A DNA stretch of 64,000 nucleotides from Chrysomallon squamiferum. Lineage: Eukaryota; Animalia; Mollusca. The notes under the pieces are model-generated. The model worked only from the letters and a program-made list of their open reading frames with translations, did not search any database and was not told where the DNA came from. Below, in pieces: positions 1 through 15,711 of the stretch. Positions within the stretch are counted from its first letter, which is position 1, and each line of letters opens with the position of its first letter. The translations under genes and the position numbers were made by a program. The stretch is taken from assembly GCA_012295275.1 (NCBI GenBank), contig CM022671.1, positions 26,288,001-26,352,000 on the forward strand. Direction: 5' to 3'.

Positions 1-744
1 AGTTTTTTTACTAATGAAACAAATTAAATACAAATAAATGTTTGATTATTTACATACTTCATGTATACCTTACATACATACATTTGATAATATATAAACA
101 CACATTATTGCTTTAATGTTGTGGTATCAAAAATATTTACTTTTGTAATTATTTTCTGAGCTCTCTGATGCTCAGTCTTTATTGATTTACAACTTTGTGA
201 ACTATGACTAAACTGTTTTACAGTAGTTAGATCATTTCACAATTTTCAGAGTGTGTATCTTTTCCTTAGCTGCATATCAGTTTAGTTAAAGAGCCAAAGA
301 CACTACAAAACTGATCCAGCAGATTTTTTTTTCCAGTATCTCTCTCTTTCTCTCTCTCTCTCGCTCTCACATTAGTTAATTTTTTTTCATTTTAACACTC
401 ACTGGCAGACAGTATTTTATAGCACTGTGCAAAAGAAACAATTCTTGGCGTTTATTACAGATATCATCACATCATTGATCTAAATGCATCACTGACATTT
501 TCAAGTGAGGATCCTATGCCAGTTTCCTGTTATCACTGAACTGATCAAATTGGCTGTATTTGTTCAAGTCCTAATATGTAGACATTAGGAGAGAACTGTT
601 AAGTAAATAGAGGATGTGACTCAAGCATGGAAATATGCTCAAGCCAAAACAAATTAATAATTATGTTGTACATCTGAACCATTTCACCTTTCCTCCCTTT
701 AAAAAAGAAAGAAAACAAATTATGTACTACATACTGATAGAACA

Positions 745-745
<1 letters not shown>

Positions 746-792
<47 letters not shown>
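746..792. repeat. (CA)n microsatellite
   Basis: Perfect CA run. Confidence 0.97.
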
Positions 793-793
<1 letters not shown>

Positions 794-1820
794 CTCTATG
801 TATACTATGAGTACATACATAAAACTGACTGAATATTTCAGTTTAATATAATACTTTCACTGATCTCGTTTTGATACAAAGATCGTTGCAAAATCAGATA
901 TTTAAAAAAAAAAAAATTGATGTTTGTCATGTTCTTAACAAAAGTCGTTTTATTATTATTATTTTATTTTTGTTGTTGTTGTAAATTTTAGAAACTGAAT
1001 GATTCATTTTATTTATGAAACAAAACTGATTCATATTCCTTAATTTTTTAAATCATATTAGTAACAAGTCATATCAAATTTACAAATCTAAATTTAAATA
1101 TAATGAAATCATATGTTACTTGTTTGTTTTTTAAATTTACTTATGAACTTTAAATCAATAATTTCATAATGATAGAGCCATCGAAAGATATTGTTGAATA
1201 ATGCAACAACCTACTATTAAACAGAAAACATCATTTTTTCTTTGATTAGATGTTAACATAAAATGTCAAATATTAGAAGATTTATAAGCCAAAATGAAGA
1301 AGCTAAACTAGTAAGAACAACATCAGCAGCTGTGATGTCTTCATGATGACATATGCACCAACAACATCGTGTAAATTGATGCCAGAGTGCTTAGATGGCC
1401 ATGTGCTACTGTTTTTCACGGTGGGCATTGATTTAACAGAATTAGAGATGCTGTTCCTTGTGTTGGATCTTGCACAATGGTGAAAAACAGAAGTAATCCA
1501 AAGTGAAGCAATTCCAGTTGTTTTGTGTGAATTATAAAATTCAAAAAACAAAGTTTGATTTAATACTTGACAGCTTATAAGAGCAAAATAAAAAATAAAA
1601 AATAAAAATTGTATATGTGGTCTGTATCTTTGAATCAAAACTCATCCATAAATGTAATAATGATACAAAGTAAGGAAAAAAAACCCCAACAAAACCCAGT
1701 TAAATTAATTCTGATGGAATTATTGATTTAAGACCATTGTTTTAAAAAAAGGAAAAGAAAGTGTCTGTCTATTACTTAGTTTTAATTTCGTTGGTATTTC
1801 TTTCAGTAACAGAGGGTTCT

Positions 1821-1829
1821 GTGTATGTA

Positions 1830-1868
<39 letters not shown>

Positions 1869-1976
1869 GTGTGTGTGTGTATGTATGTGTCTCTCTCTTT
1901 ATCCATCCATCCATCCATCCATCTATCTATCTATTGAGAGAGAGAGATGGAGAAAGACATATATATATATATATAT
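1821..1976. repeat. Compound microsatellite (TCTG)n (TG)n (ATCC)n (AG)n (AT)n
   Basis: Directly visible. Confidence 0.95.
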
Positions 1977-3781
1977 TAGTTTTTTTAATTTAATTCCTGA
2001 ATTAAAAATTTAGAAATGGTTCCAGAAATCTGCAGAGACAGATGCAAGTTTGAGTAAATCAATGATGCAGACTTCCTGCAAATTTGTGGTGTGTTTCTGG
2101 ATCAGTATGGGGGGTCTAGTCACTTGTACTGCCTGGCCTCTGACAATAATCTAATTTGCCTGGAACTAAGAAGTAAATGAAAATGTTTTGTGATGTACAG
2201 CCATGTCACAAAAAATAAGAGAAATGACTCTTCCATTAATCTCGTAGACTGTTCTTCACATAAGTCATCTAATGCAGTGGCTAGTTTTCTCTGCTTCACT
2301 TTTCTTTGTGTGCGTGGGTGTGGGTGTAGTGTTGTTGTGTGTATGAGTGTATATGTGTGTGTGTGTGTGTGCACATACATACATACATGTTTTTTTGTTT
2401 CAGTTTATGAGTTCTTTTGTGTATGTTTATGTATCTGTATTTGTGTTTATGCCTGTGTGTGTGTGTGTGTGCATTGGGGTTTGTAAATTAATATTTGTGT
2501 TTATGTATTTCTTAGTATATGTGTCTGTGTATAGGTGTGTTTCTATGTGTGAATGTGTGTATCTGTTGGTATGTATATGTTTATTTGTCTAGGTGTATGT
2601 TTGTTTCTGGTATCTATATGTATGTGAGTATGAACACATGTATGTATATATGTTTGTGTCCTTATTACTTTATTTATCAGAATGGTTTAGTACTGATTGT
2701 TATGATGTGTGTAAAACTTTTCTCAGTTGTTGATGATGATGCTAAGGCATCCTGACTCACTTTCTGATACATTTTTACTTTCTCTTTCTAAATGCTATTT
2801 TTCCATCATAGTCTGTTTTCTCATTTTATGATTTGATTGTTCTATTTGTTTCTATAAAAAAAGAATATGAAACCATCAAAACAGTTGTCTGATTCATTTT
2901 GATAGCTATCTGGCCCATTTACCTAAACAGACAACCATCTAGAACATAATAGCATTTAACTGCTATTGCTTGTTGTTTTGTTTTGTTTTGTTTTGCATTA
3001 TTATTCATTGTTATTATTTTTTTGTTATAGATAAATGCAAATGTTACAGGATTTTATACATGATTAATGGGTGGGTTTTTTTCAAATGTGATTTTTAGAC
3101 TAACAGGTTTGTTGGCTTCTGCAAGAGTAGCTGTTTCAGAAATACATGAATATACATATATTTTCTGAATCCTCTTTTTGTTTTGTGTTTGCTTTGTTTT
3201 AGGTACAGATTAATTTGTTCTTCAGGCAAATAATGAAAGAACTAGCAGAAGAAGGACAACAAAGAATATGTGTCTTAATTTCTGTAATTAAAATGAAAAG
3301 ACCATTTAACACTAGAGAAAAAAAACCCACACACACAAAAAACCCACCAAAAACCCCCAAACTATTGAAAAAAAAAAAAAAAAAAAAAAATTATATTAAA
3401 AAAATAAAATAAAATAAAATAAAATAAAATAACAAATAAAGACAAAAAGTACATTTAAAGAAAGAATTTTCGAACTATTTAATATGAGTATGAGGAGATT
3501 GGTCTTAGTTTGGGCTGTGCACTGTATTTCACCTTGTTATGTTTTTAAATTTGTATTTGATTAGCTGCAGCAAGCTGTTTTATGTTGGTACATTTCCATT
3601 AAGCTTTCCTTAATAAGTGCAGGGTAAAAGACTTGCTAAAATGAGGCCAGTTTGTTTTTTCAGTTTGGTTCAATGACGAAAATATGTTTGTTTATTATAT
3701 ACAGTTTTTAACAATAAAAAACAATAATAAAATAAATAATTACAATAATAATGCACACACAAATATACTTTCAATTGCACA

Positions 3782-3822
<41 letters not shown>

Positions 3823-4197
3823 CACTATGTGCACAAAACATAAGACATGGGCTTACAAACAAATTCAAATTCCATTTCACCGATTCTCACAGCTTTTCAT
3901 TCTCCTATTTAACAGTGTCTTATTGCTGGTACAGAACATGATCTCTCTTGTTGATTCATTTATGATTTGTGGACCTCCTCCTCCTTCTTTTCTGAGAGAG
4001 AGAAAGAGCTGATAAAAATAAAACTTTAATCTCTACAGACCAAGCATCTTAGATAATGCATTATTTTCTTGCTGACTAGAATTTGCCTCATCGTCTTTAT
4101 GGACTGTTTAGTGTTTATCAAACAGAAAACTGATATTTATCACTGAAGAAGATGCAGTAGAATTGTCACTAGACATGATACATGATAGATCATTGAT

Positions 4198-4400
4198 CAG
4201 GATTGTCACTAAATATAAAATATATATCAAGGTTGTTACTAAAATAGATATATTGTACCACAAGGGTATCATTAAAATAGTTAGGTCATACAACAAGGGT
4301 GTCATTAAAATAGATATATTGTACAACAAAGCTATCACTAAAATAGATATTGATACAACAAAGGTGTCAGTAAACAAGATATATTAACCAGGTATGTCAC
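4198..4400. repeat. Degenerate minisatellite, ~33-bp unit
   Basis: Repeated caagggtgtcattaaaatagatatattgtacaa-like units. Explains ORFs 4108-4377 and 4163-4387. Confidence 0.85.
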
Positions 4401-7246
4401 AAATAGCATTTTAAAAATGTGTGAAATATTTTTATCTTAATCTGACAAAAAAAAAAAAAAAAAAATGATGCACTCAACAAGATGGTTGTTACTTCACAAG
4501 ATATATTTGACCAGAATTGTGTAACAAACAAACATCACTAAACAAATACATCTGAGATTACTGTCACTTTTCATAAACCATGAAGAAATTTCATATAATA
4601 AAGCTGTCATAAACATCTAGTTTATATGGCAGAAATGACATTTAACAAATATTTTAAATTAAATTAAAAGGAACCAATCCACTAATTTTGCTCCACCTAT
4701 TATCATTTAAACCACAGTGAAAAAAAGAACATGAAAAAGAAAAAATTATGATAAAGAATGTGCACTTATTTACAAATGTTTGGTATGTCTAGTTAGCACT
4801 GATTGAGACAACAAAGTAAATGTTTTAAGTATAAACTGAAATCAGAAATAAAATATATTATTTAGATGGTGACACACACATGTGTGTATATATATCTGTA
4901 AGTACTATAAAAGAGTGCAGTTTTATTTAATCTAATACTGAAAATGAAATGGTACTATTTCATTAATACATGTTGTTTTTTAGCCTTTTAAAAATATCTA
5001 ATTGAGAATTATAATCTGAGATGTTATAAAATTCTGCAGTTGAAAGAGAAATCTAATTTGTAACGTAAAATCAAACATCAGTATGAATCTTACAGAAGAT
5101 TACTCAGAGATGACTGATACGGTTGTGAAACTGATAACAGAATTGTTGTGACTAATTTAATTTCAAGGATTACTTCTGAAACTCAGCAGCTCGGTGTGTA
5201 TGACTTCTGTGCAGCAATTAGATTTGAAATCAGTGCAGCATTTTATATAATGTCCAGAATAATTACTTACATGACCAAACAGGTTGAAGGCTTTAAAATA
5301 TGTAGTCTGATATCCGAATGGCTTTTATTCTTTCAAACCAAATAGTAATTGTTAACATTTCTGCACTGGTATGTTTTTGGCAAGGATGTGTTGTGTCTGA
5401 TTAATTGCTTGAAATAACAGAATTGAATTAATAGCTTGAATTAGCAACATTAAATTAAAAGCTTGAATTGGCAGATTTAATTACAAAACGTGACTTTTTT
5501 TTTTTTTTATGTTCTCTTTGTACAAATTACACTTTACAGGCACAAGTTACATCATTTCTACTGCAGTGATACTAGGATTCCATCGATTAGCCTTAACAGT
5601 TAGTATCACTGTATACTTTATGCTTGTGTGTATCTTACATAAATGTTGGAACAATATTTAAGTTTTGCTTTTTTTAAGGTTGGTGCTAGAGAACAGTTAA
5701 GAACAGTTATTACTACATCAGATACACATGGACTTAAATAAACTGCTTGATATACATTTGTCTGGAATGGGTGTTCCTGTATGATCTTCCATTCTTGAGC
5801 TCAGCTCTCCATAACTGTACTCACCCATATCCTGTTTTTCTAAATCTGTTCCTGCATTTCTTATTACAAAGTATTAAACTAGTTCTGTAACCACTGAAAC
5901 AGATTTATGATTACTCAAGTGATATTTCTCACAGCACTGACTCTGCCAGATGAGAATACACAGAATTCTGCAATATGTTTATGACTACCAACTGCATCTG
6001 AATGGGCACCTGTCACTTAAGCATCCTACACTGGTGTATGTGTCTCCTCTGTAATAGCCTGCAATACCAGATCTTTCTGTCACAGTGAGGGGAAAAGCTG
6101 ATATACACTCGTCATAGGCTGTTGATGCACACATAGATTAACATGCATGTGTGAGCCTCTTAGCATTTATATTATTAACACAGGCTAAATTGACATCAGT
6201 TACCCGCAGTTAAATGCAATTGAAACGAAACAATGATATTCCGTACTGCAGGATTTGATTAATGGTCTAATAGTCCCATATGAAAATCAATTAGAAACCC
6301 TAATAACCATTTGTTATGTTACATTAGATGTGTTTAAAATTCAGAAACATTTGATCAAGATTTTGATAACTGTCTGTGAAAAAGTAAGCTAATTCACCTC
6401 AGCCACTGACTGGTTATAACATGTAGATTTTGTGTGTTTGGTTTGAAGCAGATAAAAATACTTATATGTTTTATGTTACACTGATTTCAGAAAGTATATT
6501 TTCATTCCTTAATTTCTTTTTAAAAACAGATTTTAATTGTATTTCTTATCTTTTCTTTTTTTTCTTTTCTTTTTTTTTTTTTTCAGCCCTTTTTCTTATA
6601 TTTAACATTTAAAACATTCATGAACAAGAAATAAATTATCATCTTTTTATGCTTTAAGTATCTAATTATTTTTATTTCCTTTGACAAGTTGTTAAAATTA
6701 TTTAATTCACTCAATATTATTGCCAAGAATGTATTAGTTGAGTTTCTGTCATTGGCTTGTTGGTTGTGAAACACAGACCCCTCAAAGAAATACTGCTCTA
6801 TTGTAAACTGGGACAAAAAAAGTAAATATCCTAACCAATGATATAATATAACAGAAAAAAGAAATGGTCAATGGATTTTTTTAAACAAGTTATTTGATTA
6901 GTTGCCCTTGCCGTTAAAATAAATCAGTATTTTCAAAAAACAAAAAAAAACAATTCTTAATGCATCAGTGAAATAATTTGATATGATAACACATTCTTAT
7001 ACACCTGTATGCCTACACGTTATCAGACAGACATTTGTGGAAAAAAAAAAATCATCTGAAAAAATCTGATGCGATAAATATGTTTTATAATTTATTTTTA
7101 TTTTTGTGCAGATGTCAACTTTCAGCAAAGTCATGTATCAAGAGGATTTCTATTTTGGATAGATGTTTCTATAGAGACCAATGGATAATTAATTAGTTCA
7201 AAAAATAGATTTCTCTTAATACATTTAACTAGATTAATGTTGCTTT

Positions 7247-7302
<56 letters not shown>

Positions 7303-9324
7303 TACATACATACATGCATTCTAATTAAATGCAGTTAAATTATTCTTCAGGGTAAAACCTTAATTAAAACTTACTAACAGGTTCAGTCATAAGAAGTAAA
7401 GTAATAGTTATTTTTTAGTTGGGTAACAAGAGGATATATTTGTTTCACTTATTTTGGAAGTGTGTACTTAAATTACTTTTTAGATCAGGACATTTTTAAA
7501 GGTTTTCTTTCAATCCTGTAAATTTATCACAGACATATATTTAAGGACTATGTAATATATATATATATATACATACACACACACATACACACTTTTCATA
7601 ATATATATAAAATTATATAAATAAATTTAATAAAAGTAACTTCATTTTCAAATTCATTGTTTTTAATATAAAATTATATAAAATTATATAAATAATATTT
7701 TTTTTTTTAAAAAGAAACTTCAACATCGAATTCATTACAGATAAAATAATTTCTACAGGTACCTTGCATTTCCATTTTCTCTTTCACTGACTTTTTGCTT
7801 TTTGTTTTCATTTCTTTCCAATTTCGTATTGTCATAATCCATTGAGTAAGGCAGGAAAGTCTTAAAGTATCCCTCGGGCTGGGGCAGCACTGGCTCCATT
7901 CATACACTGCTAGCACTTCATTAGAAGCTTTGCTTGGGCACAGGTACAATTCTGTGTAGCCTTGCCTCGGTCACTTTTATAACATTTCTTACTTCTTTTT
8001 TTTTTCTCTCTTTCTCAGAATTGGGTAAACTGTTAGCATTACAGTGTTTATCCACTCTCTTTGAGTTACATGTTAGATAAGATGTAGGTTTGTGTGTATG
8101 TATGTGTGTGTGTGAGAGAGAGAAAGACAGAAAGAGAGGGAAAAGTTGTGTTAGTCGTGTACATGCACATGAGTTGTCGTTGTTTGTTTATGTTATTGTT
8201 CATATATTATTTTTGTTGTTTTATTTATATTATTATTATTATTCATTTTTTCACATTATAAATAAAATAAAATAAATACAAAGAGAAGTACACAAGTACT
8301 ACTGACTTAATGAACTGTTTTTGTTATTTCAGTTTGTTTTAAAAGAATATTTTTACATACCTGTCTTATCTAAATGAGATTTTTTTTCTTTTTCTCTTCT
8401 TTTTTAATTTTTAATTGGTTTTCCACAAATAGTATGATTTTTTCTTCTTCTTCATGGTACGAGCTTATATTTTTAAAATATATTAAAACTTGTAAACATT
8501 TGAAAACATATAAATGTTAAGTCAAATGACTTATTCATAATACTGTTAAAAAAAAAATTTAAAAAAATTATGAAAAGAGATGAGGCATATATTTATAGCT
8601 GTTGTGTAAATTAAGAAATTGATGTGTAAAGACAAAACTGCAAAGATTAACTCATTTATTTACTTAATTAATGTATTTTTTAAATTAATTTTATTTTAAT
8701 TATTTATTTATCTAATTTATTAATAATTAATTATTTGGTTCATATATTTTGTTTTATTAAAGAAAGACATTACAATATTAATCATACAGATAAAGAAAAG
8801 CATAAAAGGAAAAAATGTTGTTTCATTTAATTCTACTGAAACTCAATAAATTCAAGTATTTTTCTTTGCATATGTACATTAATAATAATAATAACAATAT
8901 ATGCATCTATTTAGCACCCCATACAAAACATTTGGAAAAATATTTACATTAATAATAATAAAAATAGTAATAATAATAACATAACAATAAACACAATAAT
9001 AACAAACTAAGCATCTATATAGCACCCCTAAACAAAACATTTCCAAATTTCTTAACGTTAATGAGTACATGTGTGTAGAACTGTGTGTGGTATACAAGTT
9101 TGGGAATCTCACTTTATTTATAACTGTGTATATATTTATGTGTACACGAGAAACCGATGATGCAGTATACGTATGTTTCAGTTTATTTGTACACATCAAA
9201 TAAACCAAATAAAGCAAAATAAACAATCAGTGGAGATTCAGATGTTTTATGCTGGCGTGTAGTTGTGTATAATGAGCTGCAGTTTTATGTTTAGTATTTT
9301 GAGCTTAGACATGGCAGATCACAG

Positions 9325-9430
9325 AGGGTCAGTTGTCCATGAACACACAGCCCTATTTCTTGTTCCAACCAAAGATATCCATCCCAAAGAGAGTTGTGTG
9401 CTTTCCTCATAATGTAAAACAGACCCCATG
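9325..9430 (+). mobile_element. Highly decayed SINE fragment
   Basis: ctatttcttgttccaaccaa resembles ctatttttcatttcagccag of the 42416 copy. Confidence 0.3.
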
Positions 9431-9800
9431 TCCCAAGATGGATAGATGGATGGATGAATGAATAAATGGAAGGATGGATGGATGGATGGATGGATGAATA
9501 AATGGAAGGATGGATACATTGAAATGTAGCCTATTAGATATTTTTGTATTGTGAGACACGTGTACATTAGAAATAGACAATTGATATCGAGTATTTTCTT
9601 TGTAGGGACTTGCAATTAATTATTATAATATCTGTCTATATACTGTATCTATAATTTCTGAATTTTGTCGCGAATGAATTACAGCTCTGTATTTACTATA
9701 TGTTAATAAACCAGTGGTAAAATTGCCATATTTTTAAGATATTCTTTTACGTCATGTTTGTTTTATCATTATTATTAAAATTTCTATGCAAAATGTAATG

Positions 9801-9845
<45 letters not shown>

Positions 9846-11964
9846 CACACGTGCCCATTCAAAGATTATGCTTACTTAAAACTGTGTGTGTGTGTGTGTG
9901 TGTGTTTACATGTATATCTATCTTCAATCGGTGAAAAAGAAAATAAATTCATATGGAGTTAATAAGTAAATATGTCTGTACAAACGATTTTTCAGGTGTT
10001 TTTTTTGTACAAGTCAGAGTCTGGTGTAGTCATTCTGCATTCCTGACATACAAACCTAGACCTAGATCACCTCATCTCTTTAATTGTCTTGTCCATTCCA
10101 GCATTTTGGACACTTAGTAGGACAATTGAAATAACAGAAGCAAACATCTACCAGCATTGCTTAGTTCTCTGTTGGCAGTTCAAAGATATCTGTATCTACA
10201 TATATGTTATATAAAAGTATAACTATAGTCTTCTTGCAGATACAAGTATATATTATACAAGTATGTATTATAACAAGATACTCATCTGGCAGATACAACA
10301 AGTATATAGTAGACAGTCTTAGAACAAGATAGTCATTAGGCAGATGTAACTTAAGATATATTTTCTTTCAGCATTTTCCTCTTATTCTTATCCTAGAAGG
10401 ATTTCTATGGTTGATATTTAGTGAAGAAAATCTGTCAGTTGTCAGTTTTATCTCACATAGAAAAAGAAAAAAAGAAAGAAAGAAAATATTTAAAAGCTGC
10501 ATCTTTCTTCTGGCTTTTACTTGACAGTCAACAAGCACAATGATATTACAAATTAGATCAGTACTGGAGTGTCATGTTTCTGCTTTGTTTGGGAAAGTAA
10601 TAAAGTGAAGTTTCATGATATATCAGTTTTCAATCTGTGTATTTCAGGTGATATTTAAAGTAAGTAAAATAACAACAATGGATATTTATTTATATAGAAG
10701 CTAAAAAAAATGGGTGTAAGAATGATGTTAGATTTCCTTTACAGAGACAAGGATAGATTTCGTTACATGTCATCTGAATTGCTCAACCCACACACTGTTA
10801 AAAAATATCTTAATTTCATTTTCTATGCCTTGTAGCAGTATAAAACATAAATATATGTTTGTATATATATAGATTTTTGTCTCAGTTTAAATGGTAATGT
10901 GCTAGAACGTGTACAATGAAGAAACTTAGCTAATTCAGAGGAAATTGTCACTTTTAGGAATGAACTTTAAGAACAAATAAAAGTAGAAATTATAGTTTTC
11001 TTCATCTTACTGTGAGTATTTCATTTGACTAGTGTGAAACATTTTTAGAAAATTTGGTCTTGTTTCATTATAGGTTTCATTTTCTATAATAATGCTGACA
11101 ATAATGAAGATAACAAAAAAAAATTGTTATACTTATTTCAGTAGACTATATTTATTGATAAAAAGCATATATATATATATATATATATATTCAGATATAT
11201 ACAGATATAGAACCCCAGCACATACACACACAGACATGAAAGCACACACTCACACTCCTACATTTGTACATACATAATGTCAATATTGTTTTCTATCTAA
11301 TGTGGGAAAATGTTTCTATTTCTTTTTTCTTTTTTCTTTTTTTTACAAAATTCTATGTTCTAATAACATACTACTGATACCAGTGCAAAACAATTTACAA
11401 CAAAGAAGTCACGTTTGAAAATGACTTCAGCTCATGAATCAGAATATATGATAACATGGCCCATAATGATAAACTGCATTACAAGTAATAGGTACATTCT
11501 GAAAACAGGGAGAATATTTTACAAATGCTGTTAGGTTTAACGTACATGATGACGGATGTCCAAAGAAAAATGTTAATGAAATAAAATAAGAGTAAAAAGA
11601 TATTGGGATGTTTAGAAATTCAATAATTTAAAAAAAGAAAAAAAGAAAATCAGAACAATAATACAAATTATAGATTGAAAAACATTGTTGTATTTAAAAA
11701 AAGATGATAATTGTTTATGAACAGAATTTAAGACAGTGTGTGTGTGTGTGTGTGTGTGTGTTTAATGACTGATCAGCAATAAGTTCATTAACAGTTCTTA
11801 AATTTTTCATAAACAAAACAAAAATATAATAAGACCTTCTCATAAAATCATTATTATGAAAGTAAAGAAATTAATAAATCAATTACAAAATATATATATA
11901 TATATATATATAAATTTAGCTTTTCAGGTTATTAACATTTTCAAGAACATAAAATCATCCTATG

Positions 11965-12009
<45 letters not shown>

Positions 12010-13299
12010 TAATTAAAAATAAAATGAAAGTAAATTTTTTTTTATAAATAAATATATTTATCATACACCACAAGACTTGTGGATGAACTTCAGAATTATT
12101 TCTTTACTGTTTATTTCCACTTTTTTGTTAAAAGCAGTCATGTATATGAATGTTTAATTATCACTTATCATGAAGCCTGTCAGGTGAAGGATTTACACAG
12201 CTACTCCAAACATTTTCTCCGATGAACACATCCCACACTCAATTTGGTGTTTGCTGTGACTGTACTGTTGGGACAACATCTTTTCGGCATGGCTCTAATG
12301 ATGTTACAATACAGACCAAAGCCATATCTTAGATATGGATCACTGTAACACATTTACTGATGTTTGGTTTTCTCGAACAGGTTCCTTTTTTTATTTTATT
12401 ATTATTATTTTTTTATTCTTAATCTTAGGCAGTTTGGTAAGCCGTAAGTTTATCCTTTTACCTTTAATGTGTGTGCTCTTTTACTTGATCAGGTTTAAAT
12501 TTGTAGATAAAGAGCTTATTTTATCATTAAAAGAAAATGAAAAAAAAAAAAAAAAAAAGAAAACGGATGTAAGCCTTTTTCCACTATCAATATAAATTAA
12601 GTGGTCCTTTACTGTTGCATGTCAGTGATTATGTTATGTTGAATGTCTATTCCTTTACATCCTTACCCTCTCACGTTGCAAGAGTATATATTCCCATGTT
12701 TATGTTAAATGTCTATCCATTTATATTGTTTCTGAAATTGGATATACATTCCTTTATATACATAATTTGAATTTACAACCCTCTATATGTATAATTTTAT
12801 GATACGTGCATTTTTGAGCTTAAGTTGAATTTATATCCCTTGATATCTCCGAGTTGAATTACATTTACATTTTTATTTATTTATTTAATTTTTTATAGTT
12901 TTTAATTTCATACATACATACATACATATAATGAATAAAAAAAGAAAAGACTTTAATTATTTCACAAACCTGAACAGTCGGTACATTTCCATGAAGCTTG
13001 AACCACCACATTGCACATCCTCCTACCCAACGTTTTAAAAAACATTCATTTACTGTTCCTTTATATATATATATATATGTATGTGTAAGAATGTAGGCAG
13101 GGTCTTGTATATAGATCTCTTTCAGTTTGAAACAGAAATTAATTTATGATATGTTCCAAAGCCTTGAGTGTGTTCCATTCAGCACATTCTAATGGATGGT
13201 GATACTTTAGAATATTAGTTGGAAATAAAACCATTCTGAATAAAGATTACGCGTAATTTATTAAATTAATAAGTAAAAGACTTTAATGTTAGTTATATG

Positions 13300-13700
13300 C
13301 CCTTCATCTATTGCATTTATATATAAACAAATTTACTGTTAATTATATTCAGTTAATTAATATAAAAAGTAAGTTTCTTGTAAATGTGTAGTATTAATTC
13401 ATAAAATTAATATATAAAAGATTTTATTGTTAATTATAGACCATTATTTAGTTGCATTAATATATAAACAAATTTGCTGTTAATTATATACCATTAGTGT
13501 ATTTAATTAATATAAAAATATGTTTCTGTTAGGGTTTAATTCATAAAATTAATATATAGAGGAATTTACTGTTAATTATATACCATTAATTTATTGTATT
13601 AATATATAAACAAATTTACTGTTAATTAGATACCATTAATCTATTAAATTAATTGATAAAACAATGTTCTATTTAAAAAAATTATTAAATTAATATATAA
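13300..13700. repeat. AT-rich degenerate minisatellite
   Basis: Repeated ttaatatataaacaaatttactgttaattatataccatta-like units. Confidence 0.85.
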
Positions 13701-13789
13701 TTGAATTTAGAATTTCAGTTTAATATTTCAAGATAATCTGGTCATATTTGTTTTCTTGAATTCAGTATTTCCAATCAGTGTAAATATTT

Positions 13790-13836
<47 letters not shown>

Positions 13837-15052
13837 GGTGGGTGGGTGTGGGTAAAACATAATATGCAGTTATGAGTAATAACAGCCAGTCAGGATGAAA
13901 GAATTATATAAAGTATAACTTAATTGAAAAACTACAAAGAACTTTATTGATTTACTAATAGCAGTGATAGCAAAGAGGGCAATTTAGATAAAGCAATCTT
14001 GAAAATTGTGTGTTTTTTATTTTTTTTATTAATTTATTAATTTATTTATTTAATTATTTATTTTCACATTTTTTACCCATTTTAAAAACAATGTCCCAAA
14101 TCTGATGCCAAAACACACTACCCACAACCTTCACAATGCTACTGTTGAAAAGTTCATGAATTTTAACACAAAGTCTGTGACTTGTTATCTTCTTGTTACT
14201 GTTAGCACTGTTTGAGAATGACAGTAGATCAGGGAAGTGTGTAAATATTTACCCAAAGTTTAGCAGTGTTCTGTTTGTTACCCATTAATCAGCTGAAAAC
14301 AAGTATTTAGTGTGATCTATCTTCCCTTGTCACTGACTTAGCTGCTTGTGTAAGCACACAAGATGCGCTACAGACACTTCAGTGGAAATGGCTAGTCATA
14401 CAAGTCAGTCCATGTGAAGCAACACAATATTTCTATGCTTCTGTGTATGTGTGTTCTGCTTGTATCTAGAGTGTGCATGTTAATGTGGGTATATGTGTGT
14501 GTGTGTGTGCGTGCGTGCGCACGCGCATGTATAAATCTTTCTCCCTGCCTGCCTTGTTAATAATAATTTTTTCAACATTTTTAATTTTATTTAATACTTG
14601 TTTTTTAAAAAAAAGAGAATAACAGTTGTGTGCACCTAGTTAATAGAAATTACATTTGTACCAAATTTGTAAAATATTTTGGAATGTCTGGGAGCTGAAT
14701 ATAAATTAATTGGCTGTTTAGTTTGATATTTTCATGTCTTTCTATTTTAACCCTTTCTTCTTCTTCTTCTTCTTTTTTTTTTTTAAACCTTTTTCTATCC
14801 CTCCTCCATTTCTCATAAAACCAGAGTTCTTCAACTCTGTACCAAAATAAAATAATTTTCATGTGTGTTTAATCACATGATGCTTGAGGTTCAGCAAAAA
14901 TGTTCAAATTAAATTCTGAGCTCTGGAAGTAAATATCTGTACAGAAATGCCTACTCCAAGAAAATGGTGGCAGCTAAAAATCCAGGTAGTTAAGCTGGTC
15001 TGTCTCTGTTTGTTGTTAATAGACTGTCACGTTGTAGCAGATCAGTGTGGTA

Positions 15053-15326
15053 AAGTTATTAAGTTATTTTTAATAATTAAATAAATCAAGTTATTAAACT
15101 ATTTTTAATTTTTAAATAAATCAAGTTAAGTTATTTTTAATAATTAAATAAATCAAGTTATTAAGCTATTTTTTATTTTAAATAAATCAAGTTATCAAGT
15201 TATTTTTAATAATTAAATAAATCAAGTTATTAAGTTATTTTAATTTTTAAATAAATCAAGTTATAAAGTTATTTTTAATTTTAAATAAATCAAGTTATTA
15301 AGCTATTTTTAATTTTTGAATAAATC
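15053..15326. repeat. Minisatellite, ~35-bp unit, about 8 copies
   Basis: Repeated aaataaatcaagttattaagttatttttaattttt. Confidence 0.92.
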
Positions 15327-15359
15327 GGTAATAATAATACTAACAACAACAGTAAGCAG

Positions 15360-15394
<35 letters not shown>

Positions 15395-15711
15395 TTATTA
15401 TTATAAATTTTTTTTTTTTTTTTTTTTTGCAAAAATCAGTTCTGGAGGTTTTGGATTTTGATTTTTCACACAAGAATTACAGAAATGAATTTTAAAGTTA
15501 AAATATATAAATTTTTCCTGAACTCAAAGTAACCTTTTTATTTGCAGATATTTTACTAACATCCATAATGTTTTAAATTAATAAGCTTTCTTTTTGCATA
15601 ATTCATTTTTATTTCATACAGTAGTTTACTGACATTAATAATGTTTTCTACTTATTTTACCATAATCTATATTGGTATAGAGACAGATCACATGTAAATG
15701 TATCACATTTG

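Noticed and set aside
1303-1638. Minus-strand 111-aa ORF overlapping a complex-sequence island
   Set aside because: No homology and no convincing splice sites; the N-terminus comes from a poly-T tract.
7707-7949. Minus-strand 80-aa ORF with a donor-like AAG|GTACCT
   Set aside because: No pyrimidine-rich acceptor and no recognisable protein similarity.
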